Assembly: GCA_012295275.1 (NCBI GenBank)
Contig: CM022671.1
Span: forward strand, 25,978,001 to 26,042,000
Reading direction: 5' to 3'
Origin: Chrysomallon squamiferum
Taxonomy: Eukaryota > Animalia > Mollusca
DNA: 64,000 bases
Of this stretch, positions 1-20,595 are shown in pieces. The position numbers were made by a program, and so were the translations under genes. Under the pieces are notes generated by a model that worked only from the letters and a program-made list of their open reading frames with translations, ran no database searches and was not told where the DNA came from. Each line of letters starts with the position of its first letter. Positions within the stretch are counted from its first letter, which is position 1.

Positions 1-186
1 GTTGGTAAATGATCAAAATATCAAATATGAATTAAAAATAAAACAAAAATAATTTTATTAAAAATCCTGATCCTTAATAAACCCTTTAATTGGAAAATAC
101 GAATTGAGACAAATACTTAGCAACTAAAATTAATTGCATGGTACCAGACATAACCCAGTTTTGTCAAATTCCAATGACTTTTTCAG

Positions 187-3100
187 ACAACTGGATCAAC
201 TCCAATTGATCAGCTGAAGCCCGACATGAAACTGGAACTTCAGGACAGCTACAACCCAACAAATATTTGGATCGTAAAGATCATCGAGAATGTTGGTGGT
301 CGGCTGTACCTCAGATACGAAGGAATGACTTCGGGCAGTTCAGATTTCTGGTTGTTTTACTTGAATCACCATCTGCATCCCATCGGCTGGTGCAAGGAAA
401 GGGGATACAAATACAAACCACCAAAAGGTGACAAGAATTTAGTATTGTTACGCTATTAACAAAAAAAGCCCACCCAAAACACAATCTGACTGTGTGGTAA
501 TTATTAGAAGGCAATTTAATTTTATTTAAATTTATTGTTATTATTATTATTATTATTTATTATTTTATTATTATTATTATTTACTATTTTATTATATATT
601 ATTATTATTTACAATTTTATTATTATTATTATTTTTATTATTGTTATCATTGCTATTTTATTATTATTATTACTTTTTTTTTTTTTTTTATTATCAAAAT
701 CATCAATATCATTCATATATTTCATATAAAATTCTTTAAAGTTATAAAAATTGTCACCATTTGTTCCCCATTTCATTTGTGTATTTGACAGTTTATCTGT
801 TTTGTTTTGTCAGCAGTTCCATTACTGCATTTGTTTTCTTTATTAATTTATTTTTGAATAATATTTTTATATGAAATGTTTCTCTGAAGGACATTTTGAT
901 AATCACACTTCTGCTGAAATACAAGAAATACTGGACACTGCCATAAAAGAAGCAGAAGAACAAATACTTCCCACTGATATATTCAAGGTAATGTAAAACT
1001 ATGAAAACACATGTCATCATGCTAATTTGAGGGTTTCACCCTTTCATGTTATTGGTTCAAATGTTTTGTGATATAATTTACCAGTCTGCACGCAAACATT
1101 TACTTATCCCTTAATTATCACTTATTTTCACTTTCCTCATATAATAAGATCAATTTTATTTACATTAAAGGCAGCATTTTGCTTATTACTAACCTTACAC
1201 ACACCACTGATTTTTGTTACTCATTTCAAAGAAATATATGAAGAAAATATATATAACATATAAATATCCCTATTTTTTTTTTTTATCTGCTTCTTAACCA
1301 TGGACATATTGTAATTTCCAGGATATGTCAAACAGTTCTTTAAATGAGAACATAAGTAAATGACACCATTATTTGTTACCAGACTGATTTTGTAAAGTAA
1401 TTTTGTGTGTATATATATATATATATATTAATGATGCATTGATTTCTTTTCCAGGATCAAATAATCATTCCACAACATACATTCCACGTAGGTGAAAAGC
1501 TTGAAGCTGTGAATCCGGAGAGTAAAAACCAGATCTGCCCTGCAACTGTGGTCAAACTCTATGATGAATACTACTTCCTCATACAAATTGACAATCTTGA
1601 AGAAACCGACGGCAACCAGGTAAAAATATGTTGCCACAGCAAAACTCCGACCATCTTCCCCATACGCTGGTGTCAGTGGAAGGGACTACGACTTACTCAG
1701 CCTCCTGGTAAATATATTTTAGTTTTTTTATTATTCTTGTTGTTTTGTTTAAAAAGAAATAGATGTATCAATCAAGCCTTAGTTTTATAGTGTCAGGAAT
1801 TATTTTCTGCCAAACTAAATTAATCATGGAAATGGTTTATTGTTGTGGATTCTAATCAGTAAAAATCAGAAATTTGTTATGTATTCATACATGTGTAGAC
1901 ATGTGCACACACACACACACACACACACACATACTAACACATGCACAGACACATACTCATTATAGTTGCACTAATGCACATACATGTCCATACATGTATG
2001 TACAATCTCATTTCCTTGACTTCAGTGCAAAAAAACTGATAAGAAATCTTTTGTTATTGTTATTGTTTTATTATATTAAAATTACATTAATTTTTTCCAA
2101 ATATTTCTGTCTTGTAAGTCTTGTTGTTTGTGCTTTTTTGAGGTTGGGATAGACCCTCTCCAGAATTCAGCTGGGAAGAATACCTGGAATATTGTAAAGC
2201 AACTGAAGTACCAGAATCAGCATTTGCTGCAGTAAGTGTAAACATTATGTGGAAAAAATAAAAAAAAATATATATTCATAAAACTGAAATCTAATATAAC
2301 CTATTCATAGTAGAAAGTATCACTAAATATTTATAAGAAATAACTTTAAAAATGTTGTATACATTTTCTTCTTTTCTCATACAGTATTTATCAAGTTAAA
2401 TTGTAATGATCAGTAAAAATCATCTAAAAAAAACTTAATGCACCTAATCTCTTAGGTTTCACTGTTTGTTCAGGCAGTGACAAAATAGAGTAAAGTTTCA
2501 TGACCATACTTTTTTCTCTCAATATAAAGAAACTACTAAGTTATATTTGAAGTATATTTCTTGGTTCTTATTGTTATGTGTGTGTCTTCTCATGTAGGAA
2601 ACAACTGACCATCAGTTTGAAAAGGGCATGAAGTTGGAAGCAGTCAACCCAGACTATCCAAATCAGATCTGCGCTGCCACGATAACTAAAATCATAGACC
2701 GACTGATGTGGATACATCTGGACAACAGTATGAAGATTGTCGCGAGTCACATAGAGACGGCAGACTCACACAACCTGTTCCCTGTCGGCTGGTGTGAGAG
2801 CAACAGTTACCAGCTGAAACCACCAAGAAAACTCGGCCTCACTGGGCCTCTCAGGAAACGAATTGCTGTCGTTCAGCCTGAGTTAGTGTTAAAATCAAAT
2901 ATCAGTATTTCCTATAATCCTTTCTATGTCCATGTGTCATGTATAAAGAGATTTATGTTTATATTTTTGTTTTTATTTGGCTCACTTGGCCCGTTAGGAA
3001 ACAAATTGCTATTGGTTCAGCTCAAGTTAGTATTTTGATTAAAATCAAATATCATTATTTGGTATAATCCATTTTATATTAAGATATTTATATTGTAAAA

Positions 3101-6100
3101 GAAACATGGATTTTTTTTTATCTGTCTCACTGGGCCTCTTGGGAGTTGAATTGCTGTTGTTCAGTCTGAATTTAGTATTTTGACTGAAATCAAATGTATA
3201 ATTACTTCCTACAATACCCTTCTGTATTGGTGTTACATATAAAGAGATTTATACTGTAAAAGAAGCCTGTTTTATTATTTGTAATCTTGTGTCTTTTGTA
3301 TGACCGTAAAATTATATTCTGTTCAGATGTTAAAATTAAACCAAATTTGTTTATGGTTTTCATTAATCTTGTTAATTAAGCAAAATTGAAAATAATTTTT
3401 TGTATCTGTTACGTCTGTTTGCTGATTTTAATCAAATATATCTTGCTTTATTTCAGAGGGTTTGATGATGATAACTTGAATGAAGGTGACACATACACTC
3501 AAGTGAAAAACAGTAGTAATGGAGGTATAATTCATTGTGTTGCTCATGAAATTTATAAAATGAAAATCAAATAGTTTATGATTTTAAAAAACTCAAAGAA
3601 TTAATATGCATGTGTATTTTTATAAAGTTTTTAAGATTTGTTTTTTTAATTTTTAGTTTATAAATTCGTGAGTCTGTTGGTATGTTAAGAAAAATAAATA
3701 AATATGGTAATGAATTCAATTCAATATTCTGTAAGTTGAACATACTACTGCATCAGCTATGCTAATGTTTAAGTTCTATGTAAAATCTCTTTCTCAAGAT
3801 AACATATTTAAAAAAATCTCTAAAAAACCCCAATAATAATAAAAATGATTAATGATAATATTTCAGGAAATAATTGGTGCCCCAAGATATTTTTCAATCA
3901 CAAATGTTTCTCTGGACCATACCTCAGCAAAGGGAGAATAGCCGAGCTTCCCAAGTGTGTGGGTCCAGGTCCAATCAAACTGGTCATGAAGGAAGTCCTG
4001 ACGATGCTCATTAACGTAGCTTATAAATCATCACGAGTTCTCAGAGAAATCCAGATGGATGGGAAACCTAATCCAACCATGTTTCAGCAGATTCTCAAAG
4101 CTAAGTGAGTACAGTAATTTTTTTTTTTAAATTTATGAAATTTCAAAAGAGTTACATATCATCATAATATATATATTTCTGTAGTAGTGAAAATATATCT
4201 TATTTTATTAAGGCTTCATCTTTACAATAAATGTGAAAGCATATTGTAAATATTACTGTTTCATTTAGATTTAACAACATCTTCATGAAATAAAAGCAAA
4301 TCTGATGTAATAATTATTTTTAATAAATTTGAATTACTATTTTTTTTTTTTTATATCTCACATAGATTTGTTTGTTATTATTTCTGACAGGTATAAGAAC
4401 AAATCATACAGAGCTGTAGTGGAAATCTGTAAAACAACTGCACAGCTGGAAGAGTTTTGTCGTCAGATCTGTATCAAGTTAGAGTGCTGTCCTTACCTCA
4501 TCAGTGAACACTTTGTCAATGGAAACTGTCCCGAAAACTGTGACCAGTTGACCAAAACCAAATACAGTGAGTCGACTGCACACAGCAATGTTAAATGTGA
4601 AGTTACTACTATATGTGTCATCAGTTTTGTATAAAATCAAATGCTGTTAATTATTTAACTGTCCTATTTCATTTACATTTTTAATATTTATTATATTTTA
4701 TGATAGAGAGTCTGATGAGATTTATTTATAATGAAGCTGTCATCTAAAATAAACACATTTTTATAGAAACTAAGATATGTAAACCTGTTGTTTATTTTCA
4801 TGTCTTATTTATATTGTGAGATGTTACTTCTGTGAGGAAATTAAACTGCAACATTAGTGGCTGAACTGTATTCAGAATAACAAAGATGAGTGAAATCTCT
4901 GCATTTCTGATTTATTTATTATCTTTGTTTCAGCCTGTTACTTGGGCAAGAAGAAGAAAGGGCCTGGGCGACCACCAGGCTGTCACACAAATCTTACAGA
5001 CGGCGAAAAGAGACCAGGAAAACGGAAAAAGAAAAAGAAGATCAACATTATTCAGAAGAAGAGTCCCAATTCGCCAGATGACGCCAGCCAGCATGACGAA
5101 GAGCAGGACTTGTCCCCTGAGAATGACAGTCAGAAAGAAAACGGAACAAACCCAAACAGCTGGCAGGACAATTCCAGTGGCTTGAAGACGTCATTGAAAC
5201 GGAAGTACATTCACCACATTGTCCCACCCTCGGAAATCCAAACTCGCGGTGCCAAACTGCCAAAGTACAGCTTCGAGAAGCGAACACACAAGAAAATAAT
5301 GCATGGATCTCATCACGGCCCTCACAACATTCATCATGGTTTTCACACTCGCTTCAGCTCAGCAGTCAAATCAAAACTTCACTCAGTAAGTGGTTCAAAC
5401 AGATGATCTCTGTATTCTGCATTTTGCAGTGTTAATAAGTGTACCGTGAATAAGATAGCATCCAGATGTGAATAAACAGTCTTTTCAAACAAACATTTTT
5501 TTTTATAAGAAAATGGCTATAATTTTATTTATTTTTCAAAAAATAAGTAACCTCATATTCAGTATTAATGTTTATCAAGGTGTCATTCATTTATTTCTCA
5601 ATTTGTTAGAAACAAAATGTGTTAAATAAGGCATTATTAAAAGACTGGTCAAATATTTATTAAAGTAATTACAAAAAAATATCCACTCATGCTTGCTCTC
5701 AGTCTCATTCTATATACATCTCACTTCATTTCTCTCTCTCTTTCTCTCTGTGTGTCTGTCTTTCTCAATCACTCACTCACTTTCAACATAAAGACTATTA
5801 GAGTACTAGGGTAGAAAGAAGGTGGGAATTTTTGTTTTTGATTTCAGCAGAAATTCCTTTCACTTGGATTTATTCTGAATCAAAAATTAAAAAATAAAAT
5901 AAAATAAAATAAAATATTAATAAAATAATAATAAAAATAAAAGAAATTAATACGTATTTTTTTTAAACAGAAAATTCACCAAGACAAACATATGCCAGGC
6001 TTCATGTCATCACACCCACCAAAACCGAACAGCAAGAAAGAAGATGCACTCAAGCTGGATAAGAACCCACTCAAATGGAGCCTCAGCGACGTTGTGGACT

Positions 6101-6525
6101 TCATCAAGTCAACCGACTGTGCCCACCTGGCACGCATATTTAAAGAACAGGTGGGTGATGTCATTTTTATAAGTGCCAACATTTGTGTCGGTTGCTTATT
6201 GAAAAATTAAGATTTTTATTTTAGATAAGAAAAAAAAAAAAAATGTGGATGTATGTTATCCTTGATTTGCTGTATTTATTATTTCGAGTGTTCTTGTCAT
6301 CTTCATGTTGTGTGAGAGAGACAGATAGAATGAAAATGAGCATGAGTGGTTATATGTGTGTATTCATGAGCATATATGTTTTTGTATTTAATCTTAATAC
6401 AAATGTAATATATTTAATAATGTTGTGAAACTACTGTAAAATAGTTATGTGTAACAAAAGTAGTCAGTGAACTTGCATTTATACAAAAATATATATTTTA
6501 TTTTTGTTTTATTATTATTTTTATT

Positions 6526-6569
<44 letters not shown>

Positions 6570-6739
6570 TTATTATTATTTTTTTTTTTTTTCAACAGGA
6601 AATTGATGGCCAGGCACTGCTTCTACTCACTTTACCAACAGTTCAAGAACATCTTGATCTGAAGTTGGGACCAGCCATCAAACTTTGTCACCACATTGAA
6701 CGAGTTAAAATTGCTTTCTATGAATCATATGCCAAATGA
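187..6739 (+). CDS. SFMBT1: Scm-like with four MBT domains protein (SFMBT1/2-like Polycomb protein), 5'-partial, 11 exons in window
   Basis: Phase-compatible GT-AG exons: 187-427, 890-987, 1455-1707, 2143-2231, 2598-2881, 3457-3524, 3867-4104, 4391-4566, 4934-5385, 5971-6150, 6599-6739 (TGA). They encode MBT repeats ([33 protein letters not shown]; [23 protein letters not shown]; [22 protein letters not shown]), a SLED-like domain ([25 protein letters not shown]), a basic GRPPG segment and a C-terminal SAM domain ([57 protein letters not shown]). The symbol is family-level; SFMBT1 and SFMBT2 cannot be distinguished. Confidence 0.95.
2835..3265. repeat. Three degenerate ~144-bp tandem copies spanning an SFMBT exon/intron junction
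   Basis: Units start at ~2835 (ggcctcactgggcctctcaggaaacgaattgctgtcgttcagcctgagttagt), ~2979 (ggctcacttggcccgttaggaaacaaattgctattggttcagctcaagttagt) and ~3124 (gtctcactgggcctcttgggagttgaattgctgttgttcagtctgaatttagt). Each is followed by ...aaatcaaat... Confidence 0.9.
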
Positions 6740-7156
6740 ACTGAAAGGATCTGTTGTTGTGTAATGTGTTCACCGATAGCCAGATACTGACCATCTAGGG
6801 CGAGAACCAAAACCAAAACATAACTGGATATTTGGGCCAATACTCAAGTTAATTTGAAGAGTGTAATAGAAAGCTAGGGTTGTTAGATGTGAAAGTATTG
6901 TTTATATATTGTCTTCTATTTTTAATATATTTTTAAAATCAATTCATTATTATTCTTTTTTTTCCTCAATTGGGAAAAATAAAAAATAATGATTTGGGAT
7001 GCATTGTTTTTCAACTAATATATCCAAATACTGCTAGGGAATGAAATTTTGGTAGCTACAACAAAATCAATGAAAAAATAATAAAAATAATAAAATAAAA
7101 AAGCTTCATACTTTTATAGGTTTTTATTTTAAAATGATGCAATTTTTTTTTTTTAT

Positions 7157-7193
<37 letters not shown>

Positions 7194-7673
7194 CTTAGCT
7201 TTCTAAGAATGAGATCATAAGAGAATGGTTTTTGAATTAATTATATATTAATGTTGGGATCTGTATCTCTTTTCCATTAAGTAATATTTTTTTTAAATAC
7301 TGTTTTGTGACATTGAATAAACCGTTCATGTCTATCTTTGAATAAGTTTAGGCTTTATTGCAGAAGGGAAAATGATTGCTGGTAATGTACTTTTTCTGTT
7401 CTGGTTTTATTATGTTCTGCAATAGAAACACTGTATTGTCAATTGTGCATCAGTGATTATTCAAACTGTAACTTCTTGATTTCTCTTTAATTATTATTAT
7501 TATTATTATTCTATGAAATTTTAATTACCATGTGGTTTTTGAGGATAAATGAATGTTCAATAACATTGCTTTGGTGAATGCTCTTGTTAATCTGGAGTGA
7601 ATTCCTTTCCTGTATTGTCTGAATGTTTTAAAATGCTTGTGGTTATCTAGTCTGCATACTATAGGTGCTATTC

Positions 7674-7910
7674 TGTACATGTATATATATATATGTGTGT
7701 GTATGTATGTATGTATGAATGTGTATATGTGTATTGTATGTAAATGTGTGTGTGTATATATATCTGTACACACACAATACATATATACACACACACACAC
7801 ACATATATATATATACTTATATATACACACACATACACACACACATATATACTTATATATGTATATATATGTGTACATATGTGGGTGTCCATATATATAT
7901 ATATATATAT
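7674..7910. repeat. Compound (TA)/(TG)/(CA) microsatellite downstream of the SFMBT stop codon
   Basis: Alternating purine-pyrimidine runs read directly from the sequence. Confidence 0.9.
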
Positions 7911-9300
7911 AAAATAAAACTCATGTACAGCTGTGTTATGAAACTGAACATATTCAGTATTAATTTATTATTTTCTCAGATTTTTGTTGTGTGTACCCTT
8001 GAAAAGAAAAATTATCAATTGTCGTGAGGCATGATTGTTCTGTTTTATAGATAGTTAGTTATAGAAATATATTTATTTGAGTGTGTTGATCTGTTCTAAA
8101 AGTGGACTAACAGACTCATTTTGTTTTTTATTAATATTTATATATATATACTGAAATTTAGTAACTTCAGTTGAAAGTTTATTCAATTTTATGGAATTCT
8201 TTGTCAGAAAAATAGCAAATTTCATAAATATTTTCATTAGCACAAATATGTTTTAATTACACAATAATATATAAATGCACACAAACTCACATACATATAT
8301 CATTAAGCATTTGGTCAGGATAGAAATTGTACATTTTAGATATGGTAAGCATGTTGAGTGATGTGTGTCGTATGTTCATTATTTCTGTTGTTGTTTGAGA
8401 AAATTTATTTCCATTCTTTATTCATTAGTTTGGATGTTACTAGGTTATAGATAATTACAAATTAACCAGATTTAATATTTTATTTTCATTGACTAATCAA
8501 AATTTATGTTGATCTGTAAATTAACATGATAACAAGTACCCATTTCACTGTGTAATAAAATACAAAATAATTTACTGAATTTATGCAGAGAAATGTAACA
8601 GAATTGTTTAAACCGAATGTACTGTCTACTAAAACTTCTAAAACATATCAGTATTCTTCTTTATACCGTTATAGTTGCAGGCTTTGTTTTGTGCATGTCA
8701 CTTGTGAAATATTGTTTTTGCTATATTGTTGAATGAAAGAAAGTTGGATTAAAAACAAGGGAAAAACTGAAATTATTGTTGTTGAATTTTTGTCTTTCAT
8801 TTGAATTATTTTTAGCTGGATAGATTTAGAATTGTGAATTTTTTTGTTTCATATTTAAAAGGGGAGGGCAGAAGAATTGAGAAAATGGAGGAAACATAAA
8901 GGTGTGGTTAGAGAAAAGGTTCTCTAGTTAAACTTACGTTTATTTGGATAAAACGTCAATAACAGTGCCTTAAAATTTAGTTACAACAGTAGAAATGTGA
9001 TGGTTTCAAGGTGTTGACACCTCAGTAAAATTAACATCAACAATGTCATTTATTTTAATGTTGTAATTTGAAGATGCCTTGTTATTACCCACTGAGTCTT
9101 TCATGGATTAAGAAGTAAAAAGAAGCTTCATCCTTTTTTAAAACCTATTGTGAATCTGCTGAATAACACAAACACCTCAGATCACAGTCAAAGCAATAAG
9201 CCTTAAAGATATTGAAATAATATTTGGGGCTATTTGAGTGAAGACAATAACAAACATTTTTAAAAAAGAATAATAAAATAAATGACAAATAAACAGAGCA

Positions 9301-9590
9301 ACAGATCTGAAAACCCAGACTATCTTAGTGTTTTGTATAAAAATGTAGAAATCAAAAAAAAAAAAAAAAAAAATCATATAATGTTGCTGAAGCAGAAAAT
9401 TAAATGGGAAAATTTTAAACTAAGCATTTGTGTTCAAGAATCCAACATAATTGGTGCAAACCTATAGATGATTACTGGATAAAGAATTGAGTAATAGATC
9501 TGAAAACCAACACTCTTAGTATTTTACAGAAAAATGTAAAAAAGAATAAAAAAATAAAAATAAAATCATGTTACTGAAGTAGAAAAACAA
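9301..9590. repeat. Diverged direct duplication (~100 bp similar, ~194-bp spacing) between SFMBT and DNAJC2
   Basis: agatctgaaaacccagactatcttagtgttttg...atgttgctgaagcagaaaa (~9303-9399) versus agatctgaaaaccaacactcttagtatttt...atgttactgaagtagaaaa (~9495-9587). Confidence 0.75.
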
Positions 9591-10705
9591 CTGGAGCAAA
9601 CAACAGGTGAAGAAGAATGATTCAAAATGTACAGTGGAAGTCAAGGAATAAATTTAAAAAAAAAACAAGAAGATTATGAAAACTGAAAAATATTTATTTC
9701 CAAAGTATGAATATCTTGACAAGACTGTAAAGACTGGGCAATGACATACATTTATATCACAGTGTTGATGCTTGAAATTTAAACTTTATTATATCCTGTA
9801 TTTCACACAAAGTGGTGAGCATTCCTCAGGTACACCTACCTATCTTAATTAGACTTAACACTAGTTTTAAATTTGTAAAAAGTCGATAATACCAATAATT
9901 GTATTTGAAAAACATGTTTTTCTGATCAAAAAAGATATTAAGTACAAACAGTTACTGAAACCAAAAATATAATTAAAAAATTAATGCTTCCCTAAAATTC
10001 CAGCTTTAACTGTACTGAAGATGTAAAATTATCATTAATAACAACTAGCAAAAAATTAAAGATAAAAATTAGCTGTTGTTTGAGTGACCCAAATAATTAA
10101 TTACTATAAAAATGATTTATGGCATAGTCTATAAAAACAGTAAGCTTGCTAAACATGAATCTGAAATCAGCTTTAGAAGAAAAAAAAAAAAAAAAAAATC
10201 TATGATTCTGACTTAGTAAAGTGTGATGAATATTCCAATATAAGTAAAAACAGTCCATTGTTATTATTATTTATGGAATAGTTAATAACTTTCCCGTAAT
10301 TTTAAATACAGTGAAAGTAATAGTTTCAACAAATGTCATATAAGCAAGATCAGTATGATGTATTTATTCCAATTCCTTGCTTTTCAACACAGTTACAAAA
10401 ACAAAATAAAACAAAAATAATAGTAATTCTAAATGAAAGTAAAATGTAGAAACTTCCTTTATAAAGCTTCATTTAATGAACTTTTCTATGAGTAATTAAT
10501 ATTTTCTTTTTTCAGTGCTAAAAGTAACTTTTTTCTCCCCTTAATGTTGTTGATTAATTTTTGAGAAAATGGGCACTTTATTAAAAGAATTAAAAAAAAA
10601 AAAAAAGAAATATAAAGTTAGGTATAAATCTTGCTCATTTTACACAGAGTAATTTAAATATCTAATTTTTTACAGAGTCTTGATCTTGCAAACTTCTGTC
10701 AGACG

Positions 10706-19243
<8,538 letters not shown>

Positions 19244-20595
19244 TGCCGTATCAGTCTCTGGAAACCAAAATATTCTATTTTTGAATTAACGACACAGAAA
19301 GAAACGGATAAAACACATGTGAGTTTAACCACTGGTTTTTGATTTTCTATTTCGCTTCAAACATCTGTCAGTTGAATATTACTAAAATGCAGACACGTTT
19401 AGTTAAATTAAATTGTCTCAAAAAAAACAAAAAAAAACATTGGTTTTCTTTACATATCATCAAAGTATACTTTAAATTTTTGCCGCATTCGTTTTTATCA
19501 GCATTATATGATTATTATAGTTTGCCCGAAAATGGTGATTTCTTCAAAACACATGTTAGCTTCTGCTATGGACACGGCATTTGTTTGATGGGTGACTGGA
19601 AAAAAAGTCAGAGGTAAAAAGTCACAAAATATATGGGTTTGTAGAGTATTGAATGTGGCATCATAGTATGCATGGGGTAATTGTTAAGCTTATTGATTAG
19701 GCTATATTAATGAAAGGGGCTTCATATTGGGTCTAGCTTGGGTTTACCTTAAAGATTAGGATAGATTTAAACTAAGGGCTTCCTATTGTAAATGATTTAT
19801 AAAATGTCCCAGGTTAAAATGTGTTGCACTATATATTCTCCATCTTGCTCTAATATCAGAAACGTGCTTCACAACAGCTTGCTCTGATTAGCACGTCATT
19901 TTTTTTCGGTTCAATTCAGTACTAGTATCAGAAGTATATTTAATATGGAAGTTATTCATAGCAATAAGGCTGGTAACAAAATCTGTTATGAGGGGTTCAT
20001 ACATACCAAACATGCATCTAGTTGTAATTGTCGAGGTTCAATGATAACAAACTTCCATAGAGAGCCGTGAGGACCGCAATTTGCGACTGTGGCAGAATTT
20101 CTTGGGTGGAACATCCACCTGAACCACCAATATTAAAATCAAAGAACATGTATTTCATCTATCTTTCATTTCTAATATATTTCTTAATTTTAATTAAAAA
20201 AAAATTGTGACTTTTTTGCCGGTGATTTTTTTCTGTGACTTATTTTCGTAGAATCGTTTGATGCTTAAGATTTCTATATTTGTTAAAGAGCTTGTAAAAA
20301 TGAAATAATTTCATGGCACATTTTTCTATTACGTTACACCATATTGACATTACCAATACTGGCAAATTTGGATAATTACCGTATCAACAAATCCATTTTT
20401 CATTTTTAAAATTTATTTTTACCTATGCGTATGTGTGTTTTAACTACTATTGATATTTCGGTTATTACAGCTAAAACTATTACTACAGTGTTAAAATTTA
20501 GAAGAACATAATAAAAGGTACTCAGAATTTTGGTTCGTTTAATGCAAAGGCTTGATACTTTTATCTGCAGTCGAATCTAGACAAACCAATTGAAA
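19244..20595. promoter_or_regulatory. Divergent (head-to-head) intergenic/promoter region shared by DNAJC2 and the ARH-like gene
   Basis: The two start codons (19243 on -, 20596 on +) point apart, 1.35 kb from each other. An acceptor ttttatctgcag ending at 20570 suggests a non-coding first exon for the ARH-like gene upstream. The TSSs were not located. Confidence 0.6.
19591..20255 (+). mobile_element. Internally deleted Mutator-like (FLYWCH-MULE) DNA transposon
   Basis: 8-bp direct repeat GTTTGATG at 19583-19590 and 20256-20263 (TSD). Imperfect TIRs are made of repeated AAAAAGTCAC (left) and GTGACTTTTT (right). The internal relic ORF from 19945, MEVIHSNKAGNKICYEGFIHTKHASSCNCRGSMITN, resembles a truncated FLYWCH finger. 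It is followed by TVAEFL/GWNIHLNHQY* pieces that resemble a MULE transposase C-terminus. Confidence 0.8.

Noticed and set aside
535-729. Leu/Ile/Phe-rich ORF and the many similar short ORFs (e.g. 7525-8027, 13349-13658, 48025-48210, 55767-56033, 59000-59236)
   Set aside because: These are translations of (TTA)n, (CA)n, (AG)n, (TACA)n and poly-A/T tracts in introns or UTRs, with no domain signal.
4886-5287. Overlapping ORFs 4886-5185 (+) and 5048-5287 (-)
   Set aside because: They are off-frame or antisense shadows of the GC-richer SFMBT exon 4934-5385.
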